Source: Chrysomallon squamiferum (lineage: Eukaryota; Animalia; Mollusca). Taken from it: a stretch of 64,000 bases of DNA. Under the pieces are notes generated by a model. That model searched no databases. It was not told the DNA's origin and worked only from the letters and a program-made list of their open reading frames with translations. The stretch spans positions 3,038,001 to 3,102,000 of the forward strand of contig CM022677.1 in assembly GCA_012295275.1 (NCBI GenBank). Direction: 5' to 3'. Positions 30,074 through 41,417 of the stretch are shown piece by piece (position 1 is the stretch's first letter; every line of letters begins with the position of its first letter). The translations under genes were made by a program, and so were the position numbers.

Positions 30074-30847
30074 ATAATAATAATAATAATAATAGACAAA
30101 AACAACAAATACCAGAAACAACTTCAATAGCAACACTGACAGTAACTGTGACTGAAAAGACCAGCTGCACAATAACAACATTATGATTAACAGTACAGAC
30201 GTAAACAATAATATTAACCAAAATGATTAAAAATAACAGTTACCCTAAACACAGCAAAATGAGAACAATCACAGCAATATTAACAGAACACCGGATGATA
30301 ATTATGACAATTTACTAATAACAATCATAGTGATATGAGCAGAACACTGACAGCAACGACATCAACAACCACAACAATATAGGAGTAACAGCTACACCAA
30401 GCATATTCAAAGAAAATGAGAACCACAACACTAATATCAAAACAAAGGTAACAACAGCGATATCAATACAAATAAAGGTTATGACAACAACAACAACAAC
30501 AACGACAATAACAATGTCAGTTGGGAAAGGACCAATGTTAATAATAAAGACAAGAAAGACAGTGACAGCAATTTTCTCTTCACACTTATAAACTTTATCA
30601 ATTAAATTTTTGGAAATGAAAGCTTTTTGAATTTTTATCCTAACATCCATCATAAACCTGTTCAAGTTTTACATGAAAAATCTCTCAAGATAAATAGAGA
30701 ATTAAATTTAATGTGAACAATAACCATAGTCCTGAAAGTAATACAACACTAAACCTGATCCTAGTGATAATCCTAACAGCAATGGTAATCTGACTAATCT
30801 CTTCTCAGAACAGAACTTGTCAGCCAGACACACTCAGAACAGCAGAG

Positions 30848-31128
30848 CACTTTTCAAGTGACACTATCCCAGACTAAAGCTATGACCCATACACTTTTCA
30901 AGTGACACTATTCCAGACTAAAACTGTGACCATACACTTTTCAAGTGACACTATTCCAGACTAAAGTCTATCCCAGACTAAAGCTGTGACCATACACTTT
31001 TCAAGTGACACTATTCCAGACTAAAACTGTGACCCATACACTTTTCAAGTGACACTATCCTAAAGTTATGACCCATACACTTTTCAAGTGACACTATTCC
31101 AGACTAAAGCTATGACCCATACACTTTC
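30848..31128. repeat. ~44-bp minisatellite, ~6 copies
   Basis: CACTTTTCAAGTGACACTAT recurs; the unit contains the inverted repeat CACTT-ttc-AAGTG. Confidence 0.9.
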
Positions 31129-31261
31129 AGTCAATAAAACTGGAGGATATAGTATCAGTTTAAAAACAACCAATACATTAAATGAACAGTGAGAAAAAGT
31201 TTTATTGTCTAAAATAAAATTTCTATATCAGTACAAAGTAACAAAACTAACATTTGAAACT

Positions 31262-31975
31262 CCAAGATAAAAAATGTTAAATTATTACAAACTGACAAAT
31301 TCTACAAAACCAATAGTTTTATTATTAATTGTTTTAGTTAGATAATTACTATTAAATTATTACAGACTAATATGTACTACAAAACCAATAGTTTTATTAT
31401 TAATTCTTGTTTTAATAAGATAAAAACTTATTAAATTGTTACAAACTAAAAGGTACAACAAAACTACCAGTTTTATTATTAATTTATGTTTTCTTCTTAT
31501 ATAAAAATTGTTAAATTATAACAAACTAACAGATCATACAAAACTACCAGTTTTATTATTAATTTCTGTTTTCTTCTTATATAAAAATTGTTAAATTATA
31601 ACAAACTAACACATCACACAAAACTACCAGTTTTATTATTAATTTCTGTTTTCTTCTTATATAAAAATTGTTAAATTATAACAAACAAACACATCACACA
31701 AAAATACCAGTTTTATTAATTTCTGTTTTCTTCTTATATAAAAATAGTTAAATTATAACAAACAAACACATCACACAAAAATACCAGTTTTATTAATTTC
31801 TGTTTTCTTCTTATATAAAAATAGTTAAATTATAACAAACAAACACATCACACAAAAAAAATACCAATTTTATTAATTTCTGTTTTCTTCTTATATAAAA
31901 ATTGTTAAATTATAACAAACAAACACATCACACAAAAATACCAGTTTTATTATCAATTTCTGTTTTCTTCTTATA
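31262..31975. repeat. 77-80-bp AT-rich minisatellite, ~9 copies with a divergence gradient
   Basis: AAACTACCAGTTTTATTA at 31461, 31541 and 31621, with variants on both sides. Confidence 0.9.
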
Positions 31976-32872
31976 TTTCTTTATGTGCATCATTGTCACA
32001 GCATTGATATTTATAATAGTTATTCATGAAAACTGAATAAACAGAACACACAGCCACACACACACACAAACACCTACACATATCTATAATCTATAATAAT
32101 ACAGTATGTGTGTACATAAATAATTAATCATAAAAAAAAAAAAAAAACACGTACACACATACTGTACTATTTGAAACCTTTATTTACAAACATATCAATG
32201 ATATCATACATCAATAAATTAAAAGCATTAATTACATAGCTATATTCAGTTTATAGGTGATCTGCATGCAAATGAAACATACTCAGACATAATTTTAGAG
32301 AAAACAAAAATCAGATGAAAAACAAAAATCAGATGAAAAACAAAAATAAAATTACAATAAACAGTAGTACAAATTTAATAATTTATTTCAAATATTTGTA
32401 TATTTAAAGAGGCGTTTACTTTGTAACATACGATTTATTACGATGATGATGTTTTTTATTATTATTATTATTGTGTAAAATAAATTAAGTAAATTATATT
32501 ATATTCACTAATTCTCTATCATTACAAATAAAATTGCTTTAAATTTGACTTAATTCTGATCAAATAAAATGTTAATAACCAAAGATAAAACTAACCACTC
32601 CCCAGAAAAATGCATCCTGTTTAACATTATTTAAATACCAGCAGGCTACATTAACAGAAATACCAAGTTTAATTTACTAAATGAATCTGTAAAATAAATA
32701 AATGAGAAAACAACTAAGAATATTAACTGAAATGAGTAATAAACAATCTCACTGATTTATCTGATTAATAACAACATTTACAGTGAATATTACACATTAC
32801 TGACATAGCATTTTATTTTGTTTATTTAAATGTATTATTTGTGCTGAATATTAATTTCTAAAACATCATGAA

Positions 32873-33148
32873 AATTAAATATTCGTTCAGTTAAATGTGC
32901 CTTTCCTTTGTTATTGTTTTTCTGATAACAATGAGTGTAAATTAAATATTCGTTCAGTTAAATGTGCCATTCCTTTGTTGTTGTTTTTCTGATAACAATG
33001 AGTGTAAATTAAATATTCGTTCAGTTAAATGTGCCATTCCTTTGTTGTTGTTTTTCTGATAACAATGAGTGTAAATTAAATATTCGTTCAGTTAAATGTG
33101 CCATTCCTTTATTGTTGTTTTTCTGATAACAACGAGTGTAAATTAAAT
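32873..33148. repeat. 67-bp x4 tandem repeat
   Basis: ATTCGTTCAGTTAAATGTGCC at 32881, 32948, 33015 and 33082. Confidence 0.93.
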
Positions 33149-34114
33149 TGAGAAAAACAGTTTCTAACTTGATCTAAACATTTATCAATTTTTAGATGAC
33201 AACATTTAGAATACTTCAAATTTAAATTGTATCGTATATACTTAGTATTTCTTTAACATTACAAATAATAAGTTTACTTTAAATCAATTTAATTGTGAAG
33301 AATTAAAATGTTAATAACGAAGGATGCATCCTGTTTAATATTAAGTAATTTCAGTATCAACAGGCTGTTGTAATCTTAATCTTAGTAATTATATTTTTAT
33401 TCATTTTTCAGTTTAACAAACATTTGGAACTATGAAAGAAAACCTTTCAGAAATAAACAGATGCCCAGAACAATCATCTTTTCTGTTCAGAACTTTTAGT
33501 TTTTCTTTCTTACTGACAGGATGAACTGTCGTGTACACAAGCTGGACCCTAGAACTGCTCATCTTCCTGAAACTTTCATCTGAAAGTGAAAATCAAATTA
33601 CAAATGTTACTGGTTTCATTTATCAATTCTTCTAGAGTGTGTGTGTGTGTGTGTGAAACGTTCATTTTATTTTATTTACTTTATATATGTTACAGGAAAT
33701 ATTATAATTTATTTAAAGAATTTTAAAAATATATATTCTGATTGCAATTATACATATTCCTGTAACATATAAACTAAATAAATCAAGTGCAAAGTTTAAC
33801 AACAATTGAAGCATAGCTAGACTTTAATTATTAAATATTTAACATTTATTAGAATTCATATCTTTTTCTTCCTATTTTTTATGTTTTTCAAGTTGATATT
33901 TTAAAACAAACTATCTATAAAGATATGCTTTGGTTTGCTTTATTTTTTATTATCTGTTGTTGTTGGGCTTTTATTTTTTAGTTACCTTTCAACTAATTTT
34001 GTCCATTGTTTTGATAATACAGGAACTCATGCATAGTATTAATCGTTCTAAACAACATCTTTGTATTACAAATGAGGCTTTATTGGCTAAAATAGCATGT
34101 CACGTGATACTAAC

Positions 34115-34372
34115 CTAACAGGATCCTTCAAGTTCCAAGACTGCTTCGAAAAGTGTTACTGCATTTGGAAAATCAGAACCATCTTAATGATCTTTTCTTT
34201 TCCGATTATCAATGGACTTTTGAATAAGTTCAGTAGAATATCCCATTTCCAAAACTGCCTGGATCGTTGGGCTGTAGACATAATTACTACTCGAGCTGTC
34301 ACCACTTGTTGCTTGAGTCACAACGCTATTCACAGATTTTACAAAACAGCTGTTGTCGGCTTTATTGCGGCT
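34115..34372 (-). pseudogene. In-frame continuation of the IAP encoding a UBA domain interrupted by stops
   Basis: Same frame after the TAG: ...YSPTIQAVLEMGYSTELIQKSIDNRKRKDH*DGSDFPNAVTLFEAVLELEGS. This matches the MGF/Y UBA signature of XIAP/cIAP. TAA at 34186-34184. Confidence 0.8.
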
Positions 34373-34798
34373 CTATTCAACAATATTCGTTTTATTTTTC
34401 GAGTCCTTCTTTAATTCCTCAAATTCAACCATTTTCCTTATTTCATCAACGTCCAGTTTGTCAGCGAATTCACAATTCTTAGCCCATTCTTTGTGAACAA
34501 CTGGCGGAAAATCATCGTCATCCCAGTCACGCAAAGTTAGTCCACAATGAAAACATCTTGCGCGATCCGCCGATCCTATGTAGAAAAATCCACAGTGAGC
34601 CAAAACACTGGGCTTCTGCAAGGGCGATAAGAGCGGCCATCCAACGAAGCTTTCCAACCTTTTTTCATAGATCTCGTACTCCCTGTATTTTGGAATACTA
34701 CCAGAACTACTAGTGCTACTAATGCCTTTGTAATTTTTGAACGTCTCCCAACTTATGTTTGAATTCACTGGAACTGAATCTGTCTGAATATCAGACAT
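34373..34798 (-). CDS. Inhibitor of apoptosis (IAP/BIRC-family) single-BIR ORF, 141 aa from ATG 34798, prematurely terminated
   Basis: RLESFVGWP...LAHCGFFYIG..DRARCFHC-x16-H-x6-C is the exact BIR zinc motif. The first ATG follows an Inr. Confidence 0.88.
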   Translation of the reverse strand: MSDIQTDSVPVNSNISWETFKNYKGISSTSSSGSIPKYREYEIYEKRLESFVGWPLLSPLQKPSVLAHCGFFYIGSADRARCFHCGLTLRDWDDDDFPPVVHKEWAKNCEFADKLDVDEIRKMVEFEELKKDSKNKTNIVE

Positions 34799-34814
34799 TT
34801 TGATAAATTCGAGC

Positions 34815-34937
34815 AACTGATTAGCGAGTATAAATGGCGTCGTCTATACTTTAGAAGAACCAATCAGACTACAGATAATAAACATCTACAGGTAACAAAA
34901 ATGGTCAGCCGGTTCTAAAAATAAATCGGGGAATTCC
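34815..34937 (-). promoter_or_regulatory. IAP promoter: NF-kB site, CCAAT box and initiator
   Basis: GGGGAATTCC 34928-34937 fits GGGRNWYYCC. CCAATCAG at 34860-34867. TCAGTT Inr at 34820-34815, 17 bp before the ATG. Confidence 0.65.
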
Positions 34938-35433
34938 GTATTATGTTACTATAATTAAAACCAACTTTTGTTTCAACATTATTAATATACAGAAAAATAA
35001 AAAAATAAATAAATAAATAAAAATAAAATAATAATAATAATAATAATAAAGTTAATAATAATAATAATTTAGTTTTTAATTTTAATTTTTAAAAGATGTT
35101 ATTGTTCTTATTATATTTTTATTTATTTATCGCTTTTTATTTTTACACAGAGCATAGACCTACAGAAAAACGTTTCTATACCGCGTTAATTTTTATTGAT
35201 TATTATCAATATTTTGTTTTATTTTATTTTATTTTTTTTTTTTATTTATTTTACCACATTTTTAAATCTTGATGTATTGGTTCATTTCTATAAAATATTG
35301 TCTGATCAAGAGACCGATTGTATAAAACTCTAATCTCGGTTATTTTTTTAAAACACGATAATAATTGTTCCGTGAATGTGGCTGGTATCACGTTTGTAGT
35401 TTGATTTCCTCATCAGCTGTCACCCTGAACTGT

Positions 35434-35637
35434 TTACCATACTGAATAGCGATTTCATTAGCTTTGTGAAGAAAATTATTAATCATTATATATATATTAC
35501 CATACTGAATAGCGATTTCATTAGCTTTGTAAAGAAAATTACTAATCATTATATATATATTACCATACTGAATAGCGATTTCATTAGCTTTGTAAAGGAA
35601 ATTATTAATCATTATGGGAATAATTTTATATATATAT

Positions 35638-35668
<31 letters not shown>

Positions 35669-35730
35669 TATTGCCATATTGAATAGCTATTTCATTAGTT
35701 TTCTAACGGAAATTATTAATCATTATGGGA
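35434..35730. repeat. 63-bp x3 tandem repeat plus a diverged fourth copy after (GATA)n
   Basis: TTACCATACTGAATAGCGATTTCATTAGC at 35434, 35497 and 35560. Confidence 0.9.
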
Positions 35731-35738
35731 AGAATTAT

Positions 35739-35779
<41 letters not shown>

Positions 35780-35862
35780 CAGATAATAGGCAAATCATTT
35801 TCGAGGATGCTTCAACATGAATACAGTAGAATTGATAACGTTATTCTGTACACCAGTTCATT

Positions 35863-36056
35863 GTAACTTAACATTATAGGTAATACATGACGTAACTTAA
35901 CATTATAGGTAATACATGACGTAACGTAACATTATAGGTAATACATGACGTAACTTAACATTATAGTAACTTAACATTATAGGTAATACATGACGTAACT
36001 TAACATTATAGGTAATACATGACGTAACTTAACATTATAGGTAATACATGACGTCA
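35863..36056. repeat. 29-bp minisatellite creating CRE/ATF sites, 6.5 copies
   Basis: Unit GTAACTTAACATTATAGGTAATACATGAC. Junctions give TGACGTAA five times and a final TGACGTCA (36049-36056). Confidence 0.92.
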
Positions 36057-36241
36057 GCAACGTAATGAAGAAAATACGTAGAACAATACTGATGTTTGTG
36101 ACACCAGGACGGAAACACAATGCAAAAATTCCAGTTATTTTTAGATATTTTCTTCTTTTTCTTTTCTTTTTGTTTCTTTATAGCAACTGAAGTATGATGT
36201 GGAAGACAAAAAAAAAAAAAAAATAAATAAATAAAATAAAA

Positions 36242-36272
<31 letters not shown>

Positions 36273-37301
36273 GAATAAAAAAAAAAAAAAAAAAAAAAAA
36301 AACCCTGGAAAATACCAGAATAATGAAATATGGAATAAGTCGTAAATAGAATGAAAATAAATTAGTTATTTTTAGATCTCATCTTATATATATATTTTTT
36401 TATTTATTACCATTTGTTTATTGTAACTGAAGTGTGATGTGAGGTGATTTTTAGACCTTATTATTTGTTTCTTTATAGAAAGTAAACTGTGATGTGTAGT
36501 GAAAAAAAAAAGTAAAAATAAGAAAATAAAAAGAAATAAAGAATACAAGTTCTGTAACATTGCTGACTGATATTAAAAACACGAGCTTTCTGTTAAAATA
36601 TCGGTTTTAATCACAGTCTTGTTAGGAAATATTTCTGTATTTTCGCGTTATTTCAAACTTCATTATTGATTTCACAAATAAAAATGAAAGTTAATAACAC
36701 AACCGTATAATGTCGTTGTTAACATAAAACTATAAAATTGAGAATATGTGCTGATCTAAATAATAACTGACAATGTTGTGTAATTGTAAAACATGGTTTA
36801 ATCCTGTTTACTGAATTTGTTTTGATTAATTCACAGACTACTGTTGAGACCAGGACTGAATCAACTGTCGCTTACGTTACTGCTCATCTTTGGATCAGTA
36901 TTAGGAACTCATTAAAAATATTCTTTACATTTGTATTTCACGTATTGTTTGTTTTTCTATTGTAACTAACTAATGAATAAGGGTTTCTTGTTTTATTTCG
37001 TAAGAGATTCGTTTAAAAGGGTATTGTTAACTTTGAGCTGTTGAGTTTTTAAATGTTTAACTTTATTATATATAAATAATCATCAGAATTGAGCTATCAC
37101 TTTATGAATATAACAAAAACAACAACAACAACAGAAGCAAACATGGTAAAGGGAAACATGAAAAACAAAATAACAAAGAGTTAGGTAAAAAAAAATAATA
37201 ATAAATAATAATAATAATCATTATAAAATAAATAAAACAATATACCCAAATCGTCCCTATTTGTACTATACGTACGACCAATCTTTTTCTGTCTCTCTCA
37301 T

Positions 37302-37403
<102 letters not shown>

Positions 37404-37457
37404 CCAGTGATGTTTTATTCATACTGTGTGGACAATATAATGAGAGGCGTAGAGTTG

Positions 37458-37575
37458 GTAATGCACGTGTATTACACCCCCCAACCGTCCCCGAGCCCCT
37501 AGTGAACCTAAGAATTCTGCGCTATACAACCGCCTATGTGGTCCCGCCCACGCTACGTCACTGACGTAAACGTAC
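37458..37575. promoter_or_regulatory. CpG-rich promoter/enhancer-like island
   Basis: Near-palindrome GTAATGCACGTGTATTAC (E-box), GC box CCCGCCC, and palindromic TACGTCA-C-TGACGTA (two CRE-like sites). Confidence 0.45.
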
Positions 37576-38836
37576 TTTTTTGGTTTCGTAGGAACAATGT
37601 TATATATACTATGTGCAGACTAAGACAATATTTATACACATTGCTATTATTATTTTTTATATTCTTGTTGTTGTTGTTGAAAAGGATTTAACATGTGGCT
37701 CATTAGATATCAAACGTAACAAAATAAAAATAACACGTTTATTTTTCTGAAGTATAAACGTAATAATATATAAAAATAGAAAAATAGTAAGAAAATGCAC
37801 AAATATTCTATGTTATTGTTTATACGGTTAAAAAAGTAATAACACACACACACATATGGACATACATACATACATTCACACATTACACATACAATGTGAG
37901 AGAATAATCTATAATTAACTCTGCTTTGAAGTGACAATAATTATCTGCAGTTTGAACTATTTGTTTACGCTCAATCTCTTTAACCAAAGATCGCCAGTGC
38001 AGTTTAGCGCGAATAGGGCGGGGATGGTGATATCGGGGTGAGGCAGAGAAGGGTGTGGAGTGTTTTTATAACTGAGACTGTGGAACATTGATGATAATTT
38101 TTTTTTGTACACTTTCCTCGTTTCTTTTATTCGTCGTATTAGTGTCATTACTCTATCGCTATGTCTCTGTATTCAAAACTAAATATTAGAAACTGAACAT
38201 TAAGTATATCCTGAACAGAAACAAGTTTGCGTTGTCTAAAGATAATTTTCAAATAAAAGACAGGTTTACAACATTTTTTTTTTGTTGTTAAAGCGTTTAG
38301 AATTTATTATTTTAAATTTCTAAAATTTTATTTTATTTGATGTTACTTATTCTTGTACGTTTTATATAAATATTTAGTAAAATACAAATTTCGGAGTAGA
38401 AATGAACTGTTTTAAATGATCTTACTCAGTTTTCTTGTTCTTTCTTTCTATCCTCCTCTGCTTTCTCTATTTTTGTAAAGGTTTGTAGTCGAATCTTCTC
38501 AGTGTATTTCCTGACCAACCAGCAATTTTTATTTTGTTTATGAGTAAATACTGTGTGTTTTCTGTTTCGTAATTATATATTTCAGCTACAAACACATATT
38601 AGCTACACTTTCTGATAGAAAGTAAATCGCATAAAAATAATGAATAAATGAATGTTATTGTTGTGTTCTTCTTTTTTATTGCTGTTGTTTATTTTATTCA
38701 TTACAACAACGCAACAACAACTACTACTACTACCACCCTGTTGTTGTTGTTGTTGTTAAAGATACCAGACCAGTTACCTTTACTCTTGGGAGTTCTGGAT
38801 TTTCCAGTTTTTTTTCACCAAGGCCACACACACACA

Positions 38837-38933
<97 letters not shown>

Positions 38934-39700
38934 TATTAAGGCATTATAAAGATAATGTTTTTGAAATACGAAAATGTTATCACCAAAAAAAAACCAGAAA
39001 AAAATACATCGGTTTCCTATGAATTAAATGGTTACATTGTCCTTTTTTCAAACTCATTTAATACTGTATTGTACAATGTCAACTAGGGACTGGCGAAGTT
39101 GTTAACGGTGTAAGGGAAATAACTCTAATAAGGTTACATCGAACACGTGACGGGCACCTGTTTTTTTTTTGCCCGCCATATTTAAATGTACGTGTGAAGT
39201 GTAGAGTTTTACTCGGAAGCAAGGATTAATATTTGGTGCTATCAAGTTGTTATGGATTTATGTTCATGTTATCAAGTTATCATGGATTTTAACGATTTAA
39301 AGGTATGTAACTTATGGCATGAAACAAATTGAAAATTAAGAAATAGTGTCAAGTTATATCACTTTATTACTATTACTAGTATTAGGTCTGTTAAATAATT
39401 CATTAATTGTTTTTTCATTACCTCGATTAAGACTTCGCAATTTCACTGTTAGATGAAAAACAAAAGATAAGTGTCTCTCACTTCGAAAAAAAAAAAAGGA
39501 TATCTAGATCAGATGTTTAACTTTGTTTAAAATATTACCAAAATGCGACTGTCGACGTTTTTAAAAATATTTACATTAAGTAGGTTACTAGGTATGTGGA
39601 CAAATTTTTCAAACCACACAAATCTGAAAATAAATAAGACAGTTGGGTAGAGCTTAAGCACTTATTATCGTCCAGTTAAACACTATTTAAGTCATTAGAG

Positions 39701-41417
39701 CAGTGGTTCCCAACCATTTTAGTACCATGCCCCACCTTTTTATCACAATTTTCTTCATGCCCCCCCCCGTTAATTGTTTAGTATGATATAACAATATCAG
39801 TTTTGAAGAAGCATAACATAAAACATTGTATCTTTCAAATAAAACTAAAGGTTTTAACTTCAAATTTAATGAAATAAAATCCATTTTATAATGTGTATAA
39901 CATATCTACCATCAGATTAAATAAATTCAATTACAATTCAATTAATGAGACTCATGAGCCTGATGTCTACTGCAGAGAGATTTTATCAGAGGCAGAATTT
40001 TTTAAAATTTTAATCTCAAGTCGCCTCTTTTAGTGATATTCACAGCACTAAATCCACTTTCCCATAAGTATGATGATGGGAATGATAACAGTAGTTTTCT
40101 TGCCAAACTACTTGTATTTGGATATTTAGTTCATGTTTCTTCACAGAGCCACATCATTGTTCCTTTTATTTTGAACAGGGCTTTAATCGAGTCATCATTT
40201 TGTAATTCTGAAAGTTCTCCTTGATACTCGATGGTCACATCTGACAGATCCACTAACAATGGCTGAGTCATCCAAGATGGATAATTAATTTCTTTCAAAT
40301 CAGAAAATCTGAAGTTGAAATTGCTTACCATTATTTTTAAGTGCTCCACAATAACAAGACAAGTAGCATTTATTCAGCCAAGAAAATTATATTCAAATTT
40401 TTTTACAAATATTTTCTTGGGATAATTCCAGAAATGATATAAAGCCAAATATCTTGGCCTTTGAATTAACAAGAATCATATTTGTTCCTTGGAGCTCCTT
40501 ATTTAAGACACTGAGTTTTTCAAATATATCTGCTAAATAACTGACAAGTGCTTCACCATCAACTGTCAGTAACAGGGTCATATGAGGCTTGTCAGCCAAG
40601 AACTCACTAAGAATATCAAATAATTCCATGAATCTTTTCAGGCAATTCCCCTTTGTTAACCACCTTACATCAGTATGAAGTAATCTTACACAGTCTGCAT
40701 TTTGATCCTTGCAAAATTGTTTGAAAAGATGCTCGTATTTGGCATTAGCTTTTATAGTGTTGATGTATTTTATAACTGCATTCAATGTCTCGTTTACAAC
40801 AGGGGCAACTTTTTTGGAAACTAAATTCTGTCTATGAATAACACAATGCACTAACAACATTTGGGGATTGTTGTATTTCAATAATTTTAAAACTCCATTT
40901 TTCTTGCCCATCATCACTGGAGCACCGTCTGGAGCACCGCCTGCAGCACAAGATATAATGTTCTCCATTGGTATCTGCTTATCATCTAAATATGTTTTCA
41001 ATTTCTTATATTATATCAATTGCAATAGTGGTGGTTTCTAATGCTTTGCAAAATAGCATATCCTCAATAAATTCTCCATTACAAACATATCTTACATAGG
41101 CCAATAACAGAGCTTCACTATCTCTTACAGTTGATTTGTCCAACTGTATTGAAAAATTTGTATATTTTAATTTTTCAACAAGTTGTACTTCTACATCACA
41201 ACTCATTTCATCAATCCTGCTACTAACAGTATTATTACTGAGCCGCATGCTTTTGAGATCTAGATTGTACAAGCTGTTGTGCTCAGTTAGGTTGTAATTA
41301 CAATTTTACCCTATAAATTTATATTTTTTACCCATGTAGGGTAAAATAAAAAACTACGTTGATATTACTATATTTTTCATATTGCCCCCTTTTATTACTG
41401 AATTGTGGGAATCACTG
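39701..41417 (-). mobile_element. hAT-Buster/Charlie DNA transposon, internally deleted, 1717 bp
   Basis: TIRs CAGTGGTTCCCA (39701) and TGGGAATCACTG (ends 41417) match at 11 of 12 positions. 8-bp TSD CATTAGAG (nnnTAnnn) at 39693-39700 and 41418-41425. Confidence 0.95.
39945..41272 (-). pseudogene. Buster-family hAT transposase (SCAND3/ZBED8/GTF2IRD2-like), frameshifted, N-terminus missing
   Basis: LSNNTVSSRIDEMS, FSIQLD, LLAYVRY, DGAPVMMG, HCVIHRQNL, HTDVRWLTKG, YLADIFEKL, and FPSSYL/RGDLRL near 40085-40015. Confidence 0.93.

Noticed and set aside
33413-33579. Candidate terminal exon of the IAP (YESFRKMSSSRVQLVYTT...PNVC*)
   Set aside because: The acceptor and open frame are plausible, but there is no RING or other recognisable domain and the donor at ~34115-34120 is ambiguous.
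34115-34375. Stop read-through, alternative genetic code or A-to-I recoding of the IAP stops
   Set aside because: Mixed TAG/TAA stops in an animal nuclear gene are more simply nonsense mutations; nothing in the sequence supports recoding.
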